A DNA stretch of 63,747 nucleotides, the filler included, from Octopus bimaculoides (taxonomy: Eukaryota): NCBI RefSeq assembly GCF_001194135.2. It is 5 parts of 4 records of this genome, joined end to end, with 100 filler letters (N's around TTAATTAATTAA, not from the genome) between each part and the next. Parts side by side here need not be neighbours in the genome. Positions count along the whole stretch, not along the records: positions 11,836 to 28,601 come from NC_068982.1; positions 28,702 to 53,578 come from NC_068998.1; 3 more parts are not named here. One strand, 5' to 3'. The stretch's first letter is position 1, and each line of letters opens with the position of its first letter. A model generated the notes under the pieces. That model did no database searches. It had not been told where the DNA came from and saw nothing but the letters and a program-made list of their open reading frames with translations. Of this stretch, positions 24,643 through 38,167 are shown in pieces. The translations under genes and the position numbers were made by a program.

Positions 24643-25420
24643 CAGCACCTTCGCAACTGGCCTGAATGGAAGACATTGTTATAAAATCGGAAACCTTTCC
24701 TGAATGCTTATAACTGAATGCTTCCATTGAATGTTTACGATTAAATGCTTCTAACTGAATTCTCATAACGGCAGCAAATTAACTGAGCTTAAGAGACAGG
24801 ATAATCCGTTTCTTTATCAGATTTGTATTGATGCCTTCCCGTTAAAGTGTTACTCTGGATATAATAAAACAAATAAAAATAGAAAAGACATTTGAGTAAG
24901 GAATAACAAGAACTACGCCAACACCAACATCAACAACAGCGTGATCTCTGCTAAATCCATTCAAGGACTTGTTGGAATGGTTTAATCGGGTAATGGAATA
25001 CCATTCAAGAGCTCGGAACAAAATCAGTCGGAATAAATACCGCAAGGCATCTCATGTAACCCTTCTAACAAAAATACGAATAGTTAACCTTTGTAGGATT
25101 TGATCTCAGTACTCTGCAAAGCAATGAATTAATATCCTTCAACAATTCAGCCAATCTACCGCCCTGGGCCGATACGTTTTTTTATCGACCCCCGAAAACA
25201 TTAAAAGTAAAGTTGATTTAGGGGAGATTTAAACTCAGAACGTAATAATTCGGAAGCAAAACCTCTAAACATGTTCTCCTACGCTCTAACGACCCTTCCA
25301 GTTTGCCTGAAGCAAAAACTAAGGAATATTTGTCAAAGAAAAATGTCTGAAATTCTAAGTGTGTCCTTTTGTAATATCCTTTTTTAAAAAGGGCCACAGT
25401 GGATTGTTGATTTTCCTAAA

Positions 25421-26984
25421 TATTGTGTTGAGTCAGAAGTTTTGGAATATTTTGGTTTGCTTTATTCATGAAATTACAACAAAAAGCTGCCTAGAATTCC
25501 AAATAGGAGCTAGGAGCCATTGTATGGCACCGTCTGAAGCCGTCTTATTTCTTTATTGCCCACAAGAGGCGAAGAAGCCGTCTTTCTGCCACACTGACAC
25601 CAGTTCTTGTCCTTCGAGGTGAAGAATTCCTTGACTGAAGCTTCTACCTCTTCTTAGTGGATGAAGCATCATGACCAGAGGAGGTGAACCAGGGATTGGA
25701 ACAAGTAATAATCCGAGGGAGCTAGGGCCACATTATGTGTTGGGTGTGGCACCAGTTTGATTTCCTCAAGTTTCTGGAGTTTATTCCAGGCCTTTCAAGC
25801 GGTTTGAGGTCTTGTGTTGTCTTGCTGCAGAAGAGCTCACTTTTTGTTAACCGGTGCCGGGTATTTTTGCTACACAATGGCGTTCATCCACTGTAGCTGT
25901 TCGGAGTACAAGTTGGCATCGAAGGTTCGACCATCCGGAACGAACATGTAGCGAATTATCCCCTCAAAATTCCACCGGACGCAGATCATCACCTTGTGTC
26001 CGAAATGCCCATGTTTGACAAAAGGTTCCGGAACCGTTTATGCACATTAGGATTACAGAAAAATATCTCCTTCGAATTATTACAGGTTCTGATCCATGGC
26101 TCACTTTCCACAGTCGTGACGATTCTTCAACCAAGAAGAGGTGGAAGCTTCAATGAAGGAATTCTTCCCCTCAAAGGACAAGAGCTGGTATCGGTGTAGG
26201 ATCAAAGAACTGGCAGAAAGACGACTTCAGACGGTGCAACACAATGGTTTGAATGTTAGGCCGTTTTTGTTGCGACTTGACGAATAAAACAAATAAGTAC
26301 CCGAAATATTCTTTTCTACTCTAGGCACAAGGCCCGAAATTCTTTTGGGGGAGGGGGCCAGTCGATTAGATCAACCCCAGTACGCAACTGGTACTTAATT
26401 TATCGGACCCGAAAGGATGAAAGGCAAAGTCGATCTCAGTGGAATTTGAACCCAGAACGTAGCGGCAGACGAAATACCGCTAAGCATTTCGCCCAGCGTG
26501 CTAACGATGCTTTTCTACTCTAGGCACAAAGCCTGAAATCTTTGGGGGAGGGGGCCAGTCGATTAGATCGACCCCAGTATGCAACTGGTACTTAATGAAA
26601 GACAAAGTCGACTTCGGTTGAATTTGAACTCAGAACATAAAGACAGACGAAATACCGTTAAGCATTTCGCCCGGCATGCTAACATTTCTGCCAGCTCGAG
26701 GCCTCAAAAGATTGTTGCAGAATCTCTTCTATTCTTGGCACAAGACCCAAAATTTAGAGGGAGGGGTCCAGTCGATTACATGGAACCCAGTGCGTCACTG
26801 GTACTTAATTTATCGACCCCCGAAAGGATGAACGGCAAAGTCGACCTCGGTGGAATTTGAAATCAGATTGTAAAGACAGACGAAATAGCGCTAGGCATTT
26901 CGCCCGGCGTGCTGACGCTTCTGCCAGCTCGCCGCCGCCCCAATAAACACCAAAATATTGCAAAACTTTTGACTGAATACGATG
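25421..26984. mobile_element. Rearranged mariner derivative with two outward-facing 3' ends, interrupted by SINEs
   Basis: Minus arm KVMICVRWNFEG...QQDNTRPQTA...EEVEASVKEFF; plus arm SPSNYYRF*SMAH...EEVEASMKEFF...KELAERRLQTVQHNG; TIR-like TATTGTGTTGAGTCAGAAGTTTTG at 25421 and its imperfect reverse complement near 26960-26984. Confidence 0.75.
26315..26938 (-). mobile_element. Three head-to-tail SINE family C copies
   Basis: Repeated TTTTCTACTCTAGGCACAAG...GCATTTCGCCC units. Confidence 0.85.
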
Positions 26985-27822
26985 AACCATTCGCTGCTGT
27001 AATGGTTGGGTAACCGTTGACATGGCGACCGGCTTCCGGTCTGCATAGTTTCTACTGCAGTTTTTTTTTTACACAGGAAGAATATATTTGGATATTTTTC
27101 TACCAGAATCCTGTCCAATTACGTCTTGAGATTTATCCAGCTGCTCTTCTCTATTTCTTTGAAACTCCATCTCGTCTACTTCCTATCTTTCCTCCTCCGC
27201 CTGCACCTCTTATCATATTTTTACAGTCTTTTAAAATGGTTTTACGATTTTATCATAAATATCTTCTGAAGAATTCTCTGCTAGTGATTCCTTCTGAACA
27301 GATGGTACAAGTTAGTTTGTTGTTATTTATATATATATAGGTTATATACAAATACATACATACATACATGCATGTATGCATGTACGTATGCATGTATGTA
27401 TGTCTGCATGTATGTATGCATGCATGCATGTATGTATATATGTATGCATGAATGCATGCATGCATGTATGTATATATGTATAAGATAGTTTAGGCTTAAC
27501 GTTATTTCTTCCATTTTGTGGTTGCCCTTATCAAGAATTGTTGTTGATGTTGTTACTGCTGAGTTTGTTGTTGTTGTTGTCGTTCGTGTTGTTGTTGTTG
27601 TTGTCGTAGATGTTGTTCTTCTCTGCTCGACCGCCCTTCCTATTTTTAGTTCCTTTTATTTCATCCAAGAGAGGGAGACATTAATACAAATCTCTTCAAG
27701 GGACGTATTACCGAGTGCGTTAAACTCCGGTTTTAAATTGTTGCTATCCATAATCCTATCCATAAAATGTACTAATCCCGCTTTTCATGAAATGTGGGCA
27801 TCCAGATCTAAGGTATAACGTT

Positions 27823-28060
27823 TGTACATTAGTCATGTAGGGCCACACTTTACACGTTAGTCAGGTATTACTATACTTTAAACATTAGTCTTTTAAGACT
27901 ATACTTTATAGGTTAGTTATGTATGGCTACACTTTATACATCAGTCATGTATGGATATACTTTATACATTAATCTTATACTACTACACTTTTATATTAGT
28001 CTTTTATGGCTACACTTTATACATTAGTCATGTACGTCTACACTTTATACATTAGTCTTA
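27823..28060. repeat. Degenerate about 28-bp minisatellite (TTTATACATTAGTCATGTATGGCTACAC), about 8 copies
   Basis: Visible periodicity. Confidence 0.75.
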
Positions 28061-28411
28061 GACAAGCAACAAATGTGACCTCTGCCTTGCTTACCAAACT
28101 AACTCAAGGCGAAGATTTACAAAAAGCAAACCCATTCGATTTCTCCTTGTTTTGTGACGTACAAGTGATCCTTTAATTAAAAGGATTTTTTTATGAATAG
28201 TCCCTTACATCGATGTACAAAATACACCAGGTTGCCCTTATTCAGAAGCGTTTAGGATTAGCTGATTATATATATAATAATATTTTACCCATTACCCATG
28301 TTCTCATACTGAATATATACGACGCAGTAAATATTTTCTGCAGATATATTCCTGGAATTAGCGCGCCAAAACGAAGACTTTTGAATTTTACCATTAAGCT
28401 GTAATTAGCAG

Positions 28412-28510
28412 AACCATATGCACGCGCACCCATGGCGGTGGACAACTCTGTATACGATTCTGATGATTGCGGTTACATTACAAATCAGGCTGAAGAGGAA
28501 TGGACAAATG
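28412..28510 (+). CDS. Candidate coding exon (phase 1-1, 99 nt): (E)PYARAPMAVDNSVYDSDDCGYITNQAEEEWTN
   Basis: TAATTAGCAG| acceptor; ATG|GTAAGA donor; open frame; GC/CpG higher than the flanks. Confidence 0.65.
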
Positions 28511-28848
28511 GTAAGATTTGTTAAATCCGAAACCGGTCCCTGTTTAAGAATGCTTTTTTAGGTGATTTTAAATGTCTTGCCCGCTCACGTTTTGGTATGC
28601 TNNNNNNNNNNNNNNNNNNNNNNNNNNNNNNNNNNNNNNNNNNNNTTAATTAATTAANNNNNNNNNNNNNNNNNNNNNNNNNNNNNNNNNNNNNNNNNNN
28701 NTATATATACACATACATGCACATTAATGCTTGTTTCTAAGTGAAGTTATAAAATCGGTTTAACATTAAACTGAAGAATTATTCATTGCATTTTAGGGGA
28801 TAAATAGCGGACACATTTATCAAACAATTACTAAGAATTGTTTTACAG

Positions 28849-28887
28849 GGATTTCGAAATTTCGGCGTGGTCGACTCTCTCACACTG
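28849..28887 (+). CDS. Candidate coding exon (phase 1-1, 39 nt): (G)ISKFRRGRLSHT
   Basis: TTGTTTTACAG| acceptor; CTG|GTAATA donor; in frame with 28510. Confidence 0.55.
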
Positions 28888-31196
28888 GTAATATATTCAT
28901 ATAGATATATATAATGTATGTATGTATGTATGTATATATGTATGTATATATGTATGTATTTATAATTTTATGCCTGCATGTACGTATTTACATTTGCTGT
29001 GTATATGAGGATGTGTATGTCTTGAGCATGTATGCATAGTATATATATTACGTTGTCATTTAAAACATTCACTTTCAGTTGTCTTCACGTTCCCGTATAT
29101 TTATTTTATTGTTGTTATTATTGTTGTAAATAATGACGACGATGACAACCATATCAATTTTTTTGTTGTTGTTTTCTGAGAATTTTTTAAATACATTTTT
29201 TTCACGTTATTTTTCTGTTTATATTTTCTTGTATTCATTTTTTTTTTTACTTCTTTAAACCGTTGGAACATATTTATGCTTCTGATTTTTTTTTCTTTTT
29301 TTTTTCGTTGTTATATATTGTTAATTATATCGTATCTTGTTGTTGTCGTTGTTGTTGTTGTGCCGTATGCTGCTGTAGCCTCCTCTCCGAAATAAAAGAA
29401 TGGTAAAAACCGGAAAGTATTGTATTCAAACAACAAACTGATCAAAATATTTCTGGCAAATATTTGAAAAATAAAAAAAGAGAAACATGGCCGTTTTGTT
29501 TTGTTGTTTTTTATCTTTATCTCTACACTATCCACATCTCATTCTTTCTTCTTCTTCTTCTTCTTCTTCTTCTTCTTCTTCTTCTTCTTCTTCTTCTTCT
29601 TCTTCTTCTTCTTCTTCTTCTTCTTCTTCTTCTTCTTCTTCTTCTTCNNNNNNNNNNNNNNNNNNNNNNNNNNNNNNNNNNNNNNNNNNNNNNNNNNNNN
29701 NNNNNNNNNNNNNNNNNNNNNNNNNNNNNNNNNNNNNNNNNNNNNNNNNNNNNNNNNNNNNNNNNNNNNNNNNNNNNNNNNNNNNNNNNNNNNNNNNNNN
29801 NNNNNNNNNNNNNNNNNNNNNNNNNNNNNNNNNNNNNNNNNNNNNNNNNNNNNNNNNNNNNNNNNNNNNNNNNNNNNNNNNNNNNNNNNNNNNNNNNNNN
29901 NNNNNNNNNNNNNNNNNNNNNNNNNNNNNNNNNNNNNNNNNNNNNNNNNNNNNNNNNNNNNNNNNNNNNNNNNNNNNNNNNNNNNNNNNNNNNNNNNNNN
30001 NNNNNNNNNNNNNNNNNNNNNNNNNNNNNNNNNNNNNNNNNNNNNNNNNNNNNNNNNNNNNNNNNNNNNNNNNNNNNNNNNNNNNNNNNNNNNNNNNNNN
30101 NNNNNNNNNNNNNNNNNNNNNNNNNNNNNNNNNNNNNNNNNNNNNNNNNNNNNNNNNNNNNNNNNNNNNNNNNNNNNNNNNNNNNNNNNNNNNNNNNNAA
30201 CAACAAAAGATGGAAAAAAAAACAACACGTGAACGAAATGTTGTAACGTAAAATTAATACGGATATTGTAAGAAAAATAATTGACAAAGATGAAGGGAAC
30301 AAGAGTTGGAAACGGTGAGTAGAAGTGGGAGGAAGAGGAGGATGAGGAGGAGGTGAAGAGGGATGGTGGGGTGGGCTGGGGGTGAGGGAGAAGGCGATGA
30401 TGTTGATAATCGAGATGCTGGTGATGGTGGCGATGGTTGTACTGCGGTGCTGGTAAGGGATGGTGGGGGAGAAAAAACAACGCAGAGGTGGTGGTGGTGG
30501 TAGCGGGGTGGCGGAGTTTTAGGTCTTGGTAATGAGGATTATTGTGAATGACGTAGGGAAGACAGGTGGGGTGGGGGTGGAGGGAATGAGAAGAATAAGA
30601 ATGAAACGACACAAGAACACCAGAATACAAGAATAAAAGATGACAAGAATTTAAGAATATATATATTTAGAAACTCATATGCAAATAATAAGAATGGCAA
30701 AAATTATTTTAATTATCAGAATTTTAGGAATAGAAAGAGGAATGGGAATGCGTGTTAGAATACGGCCATACTGGAGCACCGACATTATTGGGTTTAGGAA
30801 TTCATATCGAAAGTTTTGGTTTTGATTCTGGTTTCTGGTGCAAAGATTTTACGTACCCTGCACAAAATATTTTGACTTGCTTCAACCGAGACGCCAACAT
30901 TATAATCGTAAGGATATTTCAAGAGATGTTTGTAGCGTAATATGTATGTATGTATGTATGTATATGCACACTCACTTACACACATATACACGCAAATACG
31001 TACACACATATATACATATACGAAGGAGTGTTTCAAAAATTCTTGCCTTTAAGGACATCGCGGAAGATCTGGTTGGAGGCCCAACTTTCCGAGTTCTAAG
31101 AGGGCTTCGAAAACCTGAAGGACCCCTAAGTTTGTGAATCTAAGAGGGGATTATTCGGATAAAATTATAGATATACTGACAGACAGACAGACAGAC

Positions 31197-31231
<35 letters not shown>

Positions 31232-31985
31232 CCTACGAGAATGAACGCGAGTCGGATGCGTTCGCGTTCCTTTGTATTTGTAAGCATATTTTGTAAATAC
31301 ATAACTACACACACACACAAACACTCTCTCTCACACACACACACATGTATACATCATTTGTGGAAGGTGTGTATTTGATCATGAACTGTTCTATTTTTTT
31401 GTATCGTTTCTTTTTTCCCGTGCTTTTAATTTTTAAGCAAAATAAATTTGCTTATGAAATTATCTTTGATGAATAATTTTCATTATTCCATTTAGAAACT
31501 CAGCCATTGAATATCTCACGTGTATATACGGATGTAATAATATATATATGTGCGTATATATATATATATATATNNNNNNNNNNNNNNNNNNNNNNNNNNN
31601 NNNNNNNNNNNNNNNNNNNNNNNNNNNNNNNNNNNNNNNNNNNNNNNNNNNNNNNNNNNNNNNNNNNNNNNNNNNNNNNNNNNNNNNNNNNNNNNNNNNN
31701 NNNNNNNNNNNNNNNNNNNNNNNNNNNNNNNNNNNNNNNNNNNNNNNNNNNNNNNNNNNNNNNNNNNNNNNNNNNNNNNNNNNNNNNNNNNNNNNNNNNN
31801 NNNNNNNNNNNNNNNNNNNNNNNNNNNNNNNNNNNNNNNNNNNNNNNNNNNNNNNNNNNNNNNNNNNNNNNNNNNNNNNNNNNNNNNNNNNNNNNNNNNN
31901 NNNNNNNNNNNNNNNNNNNNNNNNNNNNNNNNNNNNNNNNNNNNNNNNNNNNNNNNNNNNNNNNNNNNNNNNNNNNNNNNNNNNN

Positions 31986-32020
<35 letters not shown>

Positions 32021-32247
32021 ACATACATACATACATACACATATACACGCACAGGCACATATACACATACATACCTAAGTATATATATGAATATATATGA
32101 ATATATATATATATTTATATATAGAGAGAGAGAGCGCGCAATACATGCACTCACGCATAGACATACACATACACACATATACAAACATAGATTAGACAGT
32201 CAGACACACGCACACACACACACACATACACAGACAAACAGACAGAC

Positions 32248-32300
<53 letters not shown>

Positions 32301-32353
32301 CACATTTACACGAATGCTTATATATTTATTCAGGGTCGCATGCATGTATACAT

Positions 32354-32403
<50 letters not shown>

Positions 32404-32934
32404 ATGCATCCATATTTGTACGTATGTATGTACATACACACACAAACAGACACAGACACATATATATATATATGATATATATACGCTTATGCCTGTGTGC
32501 CAAAGTGTGTGTCTATGTTCGTGTGTGTTGTGCGCGCGTGTATGCATAAGGCTTCGACATGCATAAATAAAATCCATCTGTACAAAAATGGCGAATGTTT
32601 TTATCACGACTATGGTGTATAACAGAAACAATAATCGCATCCGTTCTTTTCATTACCCTCACGTACACCACGCCTGAATGTCATTTTGGTTTTTCAAAAA
32701 CGCCTATTTTTGCTATATAAAAGCATCATTTAACTATGTTTGATAGACATAGATATAACCATACATATATGCACGCACACACACACACACACGTACACAC
32801 ACACGCACACATATATGTGTATATAAAATTATGTGCGATATGTATAGTAATTTGTTTACATATATATATATACAGATATAAATATACACATTTCTATACA
32901 CACACACATATGAATTTATATACATATGTATTAC

Positions 32935-32968
<34 letters not shown>

Positions 32969-33348
32969 CTCTAAACGCTAACCATTTAACTTTAATTATT
33001 CATCGCTTAATCTGATAGTTTAATGCTATCATCCAATATGTACATGTGTGTGTATATAAAATATATATTCATATATCATTATATACATATATATATATAT
33101 AAAATTTGGACCAGGCCATGTCTAACTTAATAGCACCACCTGATAGGATTATCTAAATCCTTTTTAAGTCAAGTTTTATTTATAGTCCATTCGAGTAGGG
33201 AGCCCTTGTTGAGTGAGTTATATCATTACCATCACAACCACAAGCTACCGCCAATAGCAAAACCGACACCTTCAGCACTACCATCAACACGGTCTCTATT
33301 CGCCTCCACAACAAACCTCATATATGTATATATCTATATGTGCGTATG

Positions 33349-33405
<57 letters not shown>

Positions 33406-33932
33406 ACAGAGACACACATATACATATATATTCGCCTCCACCACAAACCCAAACTCAGCAACCGCCTACATCATCACCATCAATAACACACCACCACTAC
33501 CAGCACCAACACCAGCTACAGCAACACAACTTCTACCACTAAATTCACCATCAACAACAACTACAACCAACACCACCACAAATGTTACTAGCTACGTATA
33601 TATATATATATGTCTAAATATATATATATATATATGAACGAATGACGCACGTTCCAATACGTATGCTAGTAGAAACTCGCAAGGAGACACATCAACGTGC
33701 ATACCGCATACGCCGACAATCACACGCATGGAGGAACGCAGAAGCAGATATACAGTACACATCGGCACCCAAACTGCAGAAACCAACAACAAAGAAATCC
33801 ATCAAACACACAAATATATATATATATACAAACAAATTCGTTCAAGACACGATCGGTTCAAACTCTCAAAACCACACGCAAGTAGGCATCGAACGCACAA
33901 ACATACAAACAAACACACCAGCACATGCACAC

Positions 33933-34017
<85 letters not shown>

Positions 34018-34334
34018 ATACGCAAACAAATGTATATGACATGTAAAATATGCAGGGAGGAGGTTCAGCTACGATTTTTACAAAGACCAATCTTAATTAA
34101 CGCATATTAATAAAGCAATCTTTGGGGACTTTGATCTTTACTCTCATTACACCTCTCATCTCTTAATTAATGATTTGCAACGCGAGATGTTTATTTTCGC
34201 TTTCATACATGCATGCAAACAAATATATGCTTACGTGTATGTTTGTGTGTTTTGTGTGTTTTGTGTGCGCGCGCGCGCGCGTGTGTATATAAATATATCC
34301 ATGAATACAAACATTTGTATGTGTATGTGTGTAT

Positions 34335-34365
<31 letters not shown>

Positions 34366-34385
34366 CAGAGAGACAGAGAGACAGA

Positions 34386-34995
34386 GGTGCGGGCGTGGAT
34401 GTGTGGTAAGAAGCTTGCTTCCCAACCACATGGTTCCGGGTTCAGTCCCACTACGTGGCACTGTCTTCTACTATAGCCTCGGGCCGACCAAAGCCTTGTG
34501 AGTGGATTTGGTAGACGGAAACTGCAAGAATACCGTTGACTGTATATATATANNNNNNNNNNNNNNNNNNNNNNNNNNNNNNNNNNNNNNNNNNNNNNNN
34601 NNNNNNNNNNNNNNNNNNNNNNNNNNNNNNNNNNNNNNNNNNNNNNNNNNNNNNNNNNNNNNNNNNNNNNNNNNNNNNNNNNNNNNNNNNNNNNNNNNNN
34701 NNNNNNNNNNNNNNNNNNNNNNNNNNNNNNNNNNNNNNNNNNNNNNNNNNNNNNNNNNNNNNNNNNNNNNNNNNNNNNNNNNNNNNNNNNNNNNNNNNNN
34801 NNNNNNNNNNNNNNNNNNNNNNNNNNNNNNNNNNNNNNNNNNNNNNNNNNNNNNNNNNNNNNNNNNNNNNNNNNNTGTGTGTGTGTGTGTGTGTGTGTCT
34901 TTATGTCTGTCTATCCAATGTTTCACAACCGGTATTAGTTCGTTTACATTCACGCAATGTTGCGGTCTGACAAAAGTCCCCGACAGAAAAAGTAC
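34386..34995 (+). mobile_element. SINE family A spanning a gap
   Basis: Head at 34386-34540; tail part after the gap. Confidence 0.7.
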
Positions 34996-35324
34996 TAATG
35001 TTGAAAAAAAACGAAAACACAAAGCTAAGCCCTAAAACCCAACAACAACCACAACACCAACAATGACAACAACAAAGCTGAAATGCACAAATGATCCGAT
35101 ACACGACTACTGAAACGGACCGCCAATTTCAAAACCTCAGAAAAATATAAACCAACAATCACCCTCCCCTATTTTGTTTTTGTCTTGTTTTGTTTTGATT
35201 TGTTTTTGTTTTTGGTTTTGTTTTCAACTTTTACTTTCACTTTCTACATAATACTTCCTGAACAGGAAACAACACAAAACCATTTGTTGTTTTAGTTGTT
35301 ATTGCTTTTGTTGTTTCCAAGCAA

Positions 35325-35470
35325 CGCCGTTATAGCGCCGCCGTTGTGACACGTGACTATGACGCAATAAAATTCACGGCAAGCATCGAAATCACTTCCG
35401 CTTTTCACACAACACAATCACAAGTGAATCTATATCTGTAAACCACATTATCGACGCCATTTTTATAACG
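35325..35470. promoter_or_regulatory. CpG-rich promoter-like motif cluster
   Basis: E-box GACACGTGAC 35348, TGACGCAAT 35360, ETS CACTTCCGC 35393, YY1-like CGCCATTTT 35455. Confidence 0.5.
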
Positions 35471-35987
35471 ATTTTAATTTATTTTCCTTTATTTATTTAT
35501 ATATTCATTTATTCTTTCACTTTTTTTCATTCTTTCTTTTTGTCTTTCTTACGGCCTTCCTTTATTTACATTTCGATTGTCATTCTCTTTCCGTTTGTTC
35601 TTCTTTGTTACTCAGTCTTCTACATTTTGTTGTTGTTGTTCTTCTTCTTCTTCTTTTTCTCCTTCTCCTTCCTCCTCGTATTATTATTATTATTATCATC
35701 ATTATTATTATTATTATTATTGTCCTTATTGTTATTACTTTGTACACTTTTATCGTATTCCCCCCCTTTTTCTCCTTTCCTTCTCTCGTCTTTTATGTAA
35801 CTCCCCNNNNNNNNNNNNNNNNNNNNNNNNNNNNNNNNNNNNNNNNNNNNNNNNNNNNNNNNNNNNNNNNNNNNNNNNNNNNNNNNNNNNNNNNNNNNNN
35901 NNNNNNNNNNNNNNNNNNNNNNNNNNNNNNNNNNNNNNNNNNNNNNNNNNNNNNNNNNNNNNNNNNNNNNNNNNNNNNNNNNNNNNN

Positions 35988-36043
35988 CCAACCCAACCCC
36001 AGCCAAATTTGTACAGCGGTCTTGTACAACTGACTTGATACCC
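35988..36043 (-). CDS. Candidate exon 2 of the minus-strand gene, running into a gap: (G)VSSQLYKTAVQIWLGLG
   Basis: Acceptor CCCTTTCATTTGCCGCAG|; open in phase 1, matching the donor at 41562; no donor seen (gap). Confidence 0.3.
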
Positions 36044-36648
36044 CTGCGGCAAATGAAAGGGATCCACCGTGATTATCATCATCATCATCATCCTCATCAT
36101 CAGCATCATCAGCATCAACCGTATCATCATCATCATCTTCATCATCATCATCATCTTCATCATCATCATCATCTTCATCATCATCATCATCTTCATCATC
36201 ATCATCATCATCGCTACCATCATCACCTTCTCCATCATCATCATCATCATCATCGTCTTCGTTGTTATTATTATTAATATCATTATTATTATTGTTGTTG
36301 CTGTTGTTGTTAGTATTTCTACTACTACTACTACTACTACTACTACTGCTACCATTGTGTTCCTTCTTTCTCTCCTTCCTCGCCACTATTCCCTTTATTA
36401 GTTCATTATAATGCATATAGTTATATTATCATATTTCCCCTTCATATACCATACCAGCCTCGTGTATCAGTGTACGTGCGCACATAATGTTGAATCCGTA
36501 CACACCTAAACACGTGTTTGTATGCATTTAAATGCATATATGCAAGCATATATTCTATATACGTGTATATATTGCATGCGCACACATATATATGCATACA
36601 TATACATATATATATATATACACACACATATATATATATGTATGTACG

Positions 36649-36698
<50 letters not shown>

Positions 36699-36889
36699 TA
36701 TTTATATATAAGTGTGTATATATGTATATATACACAGAAACTTATATATGCATGTCAAATGTGTGCCGCACGTTAGTCAATAGTCGAAATCGTTCACTGA
36801 TGTTTGTTTTATGACTTAACATAGCCACCCCTACGTCCCATTATGCTGTTATATTAACACTCACCCGCACATACACACCACCTCATTCC

Positions 36890-36935
<46 letters not shown>

Positions 36936-38100
36936 GCATACATGTTTGGGTAGACAGATACACACATACACACGTCTGTGTGTGTGCACATATAAAAAAA
37001 GCGTGCAAACACAAATATAATCTCTTCTGTCCTTTGTGTATCGCATTGGGACAAAACATTTTAAAATTAAAAAAAGTTTAAATTCCGTAAACAAAACCAC
37101 AAAAGAAAGAACACCATAAACAAAACCAGGAACAACCGCAACAACAACAACAACAATNNNNNNNNNNNNNNNNNNNNNNNNNNNNNNNNNNNNNNNNNNN
37201 NNNNNNNNNNNNNNNNNNNNNNNNNNNNNNNNNNNNNNNNNNNNNNNNNNNNNNNNNNNNNNNNNNNNNNNNNNNNNNNNNNNNNNNNNNNNNNNNNNNN
37301 NNNNNNNNNNNNNNNNNNNNNNNNNNNNNNNNNNNNNNNNNNNNNNNNNNNNNNNNNNNNNNNNNNNNNNNNNNNNNNNNNNNNNNNNNNNNNNNNNNNN
37401 NNNNNNNNNNNNNNNNNNNNNNNNNNNNNNNNNNNNNNNNNNNNNNNNNNNNNNNNNNNNNNNNNNNNNNNNNNNNNNNNNCCTACATCGATGGAAAAGC
37501 AAAAGAAAAAGAAAAACAACATTGATAAATGATAAAAATAATAATAATAATAATAATGATGATGATAATAATAATAATAATAATAACAACAACAACAACA
37601 ATAATAATAATAATACTAATAATGATAATGATGATGATACTGAGGAGGAGGAGGAGGAGGAGGAGGAGGTGGAGGTGGAGGATGTGGAGGAAGTGAAGGA
37701 AGTGGAGGAGGAGGAGGAGGAGGTGGGGCAAGAGGAGGTCTTCATCTTTGATGACGAGGATGATGACGATGACATCAAGATAACAACAACAATAACAATA
37801 ATAATTATCATTATTATCATTCTTCTTTTTATTATTATTATCATTATCATTATTAGAAACCTTTACAATGCAAAAACAAATTGAAGTCATTATTGTTATT
37901 GTTATTGTTGTCGTTTCCATTATTGATTAATAATTTATTATCGCAGTAACAATAACACTAGTAATAATTGCAACAACAGCATCACGGATGATGACGACGA
38001 AGACGAAAACGACGTCGTTGATGATGATAATTGGTGGTAATTGTGGTGGTGGTGGTTATAATAATGATAATAGTAGTAGTAATAGTAACAGCTGCAGCAA

Positions 38101-38166
<66 letters not shown>

Positions 38167-38167
<1 letters not shown>

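Noticed and set aside
30300-30630. His/Pro-rich minus-strand ORF resembling a transcription-factor low-complexity region
   Set aside because: No minus-strand acceptor upstream; purine-rich GGT/GAG degenerate repeat composition; the ORF length is inflated by a gap.
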